Positions 62,137-64,000 of a DNA stretch of 64,000 bases are shown here, one piece after another. The notes under the pieces were generated by a model. It saw only the letters and a list, made by a program, of their open reading frames with translations, was not told where the DNA came from and did not search any database. A program made the translations under genes and the position numbers. The stretch is from Vicinamibacterales bacterium (GTDB taxonomy: Bacteria > Acidobacteriota > Vicinamibacteria > Vicinamibacterales > UBA2999), in assembly GCA_040081715.1 (NCBI GenBank), contig JBEBFY010000005.1, positions 124,438 through 188,437 on the forward strand, given 5' to 3'. Positions within the stretch are counted from its first letter, which is position 1; the number at the start of each line of letters is the position of its first letter.

Positions 62137-62357
62137 TGCTGGCGATGATGACATCTGTCTCGAGGCGGGCCTTCCTGGGGGGCATCGGCGGTGCGATCGT
62201 CTCCGGGTCCGTCCTATGGACGTACGGATGCCCTGGTGGATGGAGAGGGGTGCGGGGGCAAGGGGACTCAGTCGAGCCATGCTGCCAGTACGTGGACCAC
62301 GATGGGTGGGTCCTGACCGCTTCGGACAAGGACAAACTGACGGCAGGCCAGAAATGA
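62133..62357 (+). CDS. 74-aa Tat-signal microprotein, translationally coupled to the GMC gene
   Basis: Its ATG overlaps the GMC stop (ATGA). MMLAMMTSVSRRAFLGGIGGAIVSGSVLW carries a twin-arginine S-R-R-x-F-L motif plus an h-region. The predicted mature part is ~45 aa with three Cys (GCPGG, EPCC). Confidence 0.5.
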   Translation: MMLAMMTSVSRRAFLGGIGGAIVSGSVLWTYGCPGGWRGVRGQGDSVEPCCQYVDHDGWVLTASDKDKLTAGQK

Positions 62358-62401
62358 GGCCGTTGGAGGGGAGCGCCTGAGCGGGACATCGTGAAGCGGG
62401 C

Positions 62402-62605
62402 GTGGCGTACGATGCGCCGAAGGGAATTCATTCAACCAGGCGTGCGCGGGTTCGTCGACCGCGGCAACGCGGTCGCCGTAGACGAACTCGCCACGAGTCA
62501 GGAAGTCAGCGAGGGGCAGCGGGACGTTCCTCGGCGCTCAACGTAGACTGCGGCACCGGCGAGCTCCTGGTCAAGTTAACCCGGTGCTGGCCCGGCGTCC
62601 ATTAG
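62402..62605 (+). pseudogene. possible decayed class I SAM-methyltransferase fragment
   Basis: The ORF ends ...ALNVDCGTGELLVKLTRCWPGVH*, which is methyltransferase motif I (DxGxGxG) followed immediately by a stop. The upstream part is an Arg-rich nonsense-like sequence. There is no intact gene between 62358 and 62913. Confidence 0.3.
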
Positions 62606-62913
62606 CGCCCTCTCCGATCGGTCTGGGGCTCTATCGAAGACCAGCTGCGACTGAGGGGCCCACGATGGCCACAATCCACAGCTGGTCTGTCAATTCCCGC
62701 TGCAGTACGGTGAAGTCTTCGAAGCCCTGGGCCGGGAAGTAGGCCGCGCGCGTGTATCGCAGTGTCTCGGTAAACTCTAGCCGGGCCAGTTGCCGTACAG
62801 CACGCCCTACGCGCGCTGTTCTCCAGTAATCACTGGCCCGAAGAACCCACGCAGGTCATCAGCCGTGAAGGAGCAGCCTCGCGAACCGCGCCGGCGTTCA
62901 AGCCCGCGCTACT

Positions 62914-63735
62914 ATGGCGCGGATGCCCTCCGCGCCGCCCACCTTCGACGAGGACTTCGCACTCGCGCACTGCTTGGCCGATGCTGCTGCCGAAGTGACT
63001 CTGTCTTTCTGGCGCCGCGACCCTCAGCGCTGGAACAAGGCAGACGGGAGCCTCGCCACGGAGGCCGACCTGGCCACGGAGGACAGGCTGCGGGCCATTC
63101 TCGGTGCGGCACGCCCGGCGGACGCCATCCTCGGTGAAGAGCGCGGCGCATCCGGATCCGGTTCCCGCCGCTGGATTCTTGATGGCATCGACGGCACGGT
63201 CGCGTTTGCGGCTGGCACCGAGGACTGGGGAACGCTCATCGCCCTGGAGGTGGACGGTGAGGTCGTCCTGGGCCTCTGCGTGGAGCCCGCCCGCCGGCGC
63301 CGCACCTGGGCCGCACGCGGAGGCGGCGCGTTCAGGCGCGACGACGGTGCGGAGCCTCGAAGGCTCTCGGTGAGCGGGGGCAACAGCCTGGCGCAGGCCC
63401 GCACCTATCTGCCGCCTGCGCACTACATCCCGGATGCGGCCGCGGCGCAGATGGCGGACACCGTTCGTGCGCGCACCGCGACCGCGGCCGGCTTTCCCTA
63501 CCATCCGGCGCTGGAGGTGGCCGCGGGCCAGGCCGAGGTGGCCGTCCTCTTCACCGGCGGCGTGTGGGACATTGCCGCCCCCGCGCTGATTGTGACCGAG
63601 GCCGGCGGCCGCTTCACCACCATCATCGGCGACACGCGGCTCGACGCCGGGTCGGCCGTCTACACCAACGGACTCCTGCACGACGACGTCCTCCGTGTCC
63701 TCGCGCCGATCGCGGTCGCGACAAAGCGAGGCTGA
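62914..63735 (+). CDS. inositol monophosphatase family protein (possibly a HisN-type histidinol-phosphatase)
   Basis: ATEADLATEDRLRAIL ... ILGEERG ... RWILDGIDGTVAF ... GGVWDIAAPALIVTEAGGRFT, the IMPase motifs. Confidence 0.75.
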   Translation: MARMPSAPPTFDEDFALAHCLADAAAEVTLSFWRRDPQRWNKADGSLATEADLATEDRLRAILGAARPADAILGEERGASGSGSRRWILDGIDGTVAFAAGTEDWGTLIALEVDGEVVLGLCVEPARRRRTWAARGGGAFRRDDGAEPRRLSVSGGNSLAQARTYLPPAHYIPDAAAAQMADTVRARTATAAGFPYHPALEVAAGQAEVAVLFTGGVWDIAAPALIVTEAGGRFTTIIGDTRLDAGSAVYTNGLLHDDVLRVLAPIAVATKRG

Positions 63736-63760
63736 AGTCGCCGCCTCCCGCCCGGGTAAC

Positions 63761-64000
63761 ATGGCCGGGATGGACTATGTCGATCTGCTCGTGTTCGGCC
63801 CGCATCCCGACGACATCGAGATCGGGATGGGCGCCACGGTGGCGCTGCACGCCGCGCGGGGCGCGCGCGTGGGCCTCTGCGACCTCACGGCCGGGGAGAT
63901 GGGCAGCAACGGCTCCGTGGAGGAGCGGCTGGCCGAAGGTGAGGCCGCGAGGACGGTGCTGGGCGCGGCCTGGCGCGTGAACCTCCGCTGGCCCGACCGG
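63761..64000 (+). CDS. PIG-L/LmbE-family deacetylase, BshB1-like; 3' end lies outside the window
   Basis: Absent from the ORF track because there is no stop in the window. The frame is open from the ATG at 63761: MAGMDYVDLLVFGPHPDDIEIGMGATVALHAARGARVGLCDLTAGEMGSNGSVEERLAEGEAA. Confidence 0.65.
   Translation, partial: MAGMDYVDLLVFGPHPDDIEIGMGATVALHAARGARVGLCDLTAGEMGSNGSVEERLAEGEAARTVLGAAWRVNLRWPDR

Noticed and set aside
62430-62525. A minus-strand reading LADFLTRGEFVYGDRVAAVDEP that resembles the N-terminus of AMP-dependent acyl-CoA synthetases.
   Set aside because: It is short, has no start and is interrupted by stops. The opposite strand of the same DNA gives an equally plausible methyltransferase-like reading. 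I cannot decide between them without blastx, so only generic gene decay is claimed.
58748-62913. Calling the lower-GC cassette a mobile element or genomic island with defined ends.
   Set aside because: I found no integrase, transposase, tRNA attachment site or flanking direct repeats. Only the compositional anomaly and flanking gene remnants are supported.

Overview
High-GC bacterial chromosomal segment. Hand counts of individual 60-nt lines in typical genes give about 65-72% GC. Gene content (CarboxypepD_reg-type TonB-dependent receptor, two DUF5916/CBM9-like proteins, cytochrome c-DUF1080 fusions, BshB1-like deacetylase) suggests an Acidobacteriota-like soil organism; this is inference only. 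All functional calls come from reading the supplied translations and recognising motifs, with no database search. About 50 protein-coding genes can be supported. I found no rRNA, tRNA, CRISPR array, transposase or integrase.

Layout:
- 1-22.6 kb: a large array of predicted exported redox and carbon-processing proteins. It holds a PQQ dehydrogenase, a TonB-dependent receptor, an ankyrin protein, VOC proteins, two cytochrome c-DUF1080 fusions, an HpcH-type aldolase with a signal peptide, an MFS transporter, PQQ-like propellers and an IorAB-type molybdoenzyme.
- 22.8-29.4 kb: small accessory genes, including a CBS protein, an eRF1-like protein, an aldo/keto reductase, hicB-hicA, a GNAT, a DUF5916 protein and a DUF411 protein.
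- 29.4-47 kb: core metabolism (metH, glnN type III, speA, pepF, ahcY). Two paralogous ArsR-HTH/SAM-methyltransferase-fold (SahR-type) regulators sit next to metH and ahcY, each with a strong palindrome at its start.
- 48-58.7 kb: a pabB-pabC fusion, an acd-E2-hbd operon, a membrane protein, an NHL protein and a second DUF5916 paralog.
- 58.75-62.4 kb: a compositionally distinct stretch (about 47-58% GC in hand-counted lines) flanked by decayed gene fragments. It carries an HTTM-like polytopic membrane protein, a signal-less GMC flavoprotein and a translationally coupled 74-aa Tat-signal Cys-containing microprotein. This is my best candidate for an undescribed system.
- 62.9-64 kb: an IMPase-family gene and a partial bshB1-like gene.

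Many long ORFs in the track are antisense artefacts of high GC. Many listed ORFs also carry spurious N-terminal extensions, which I trimmed by hand.
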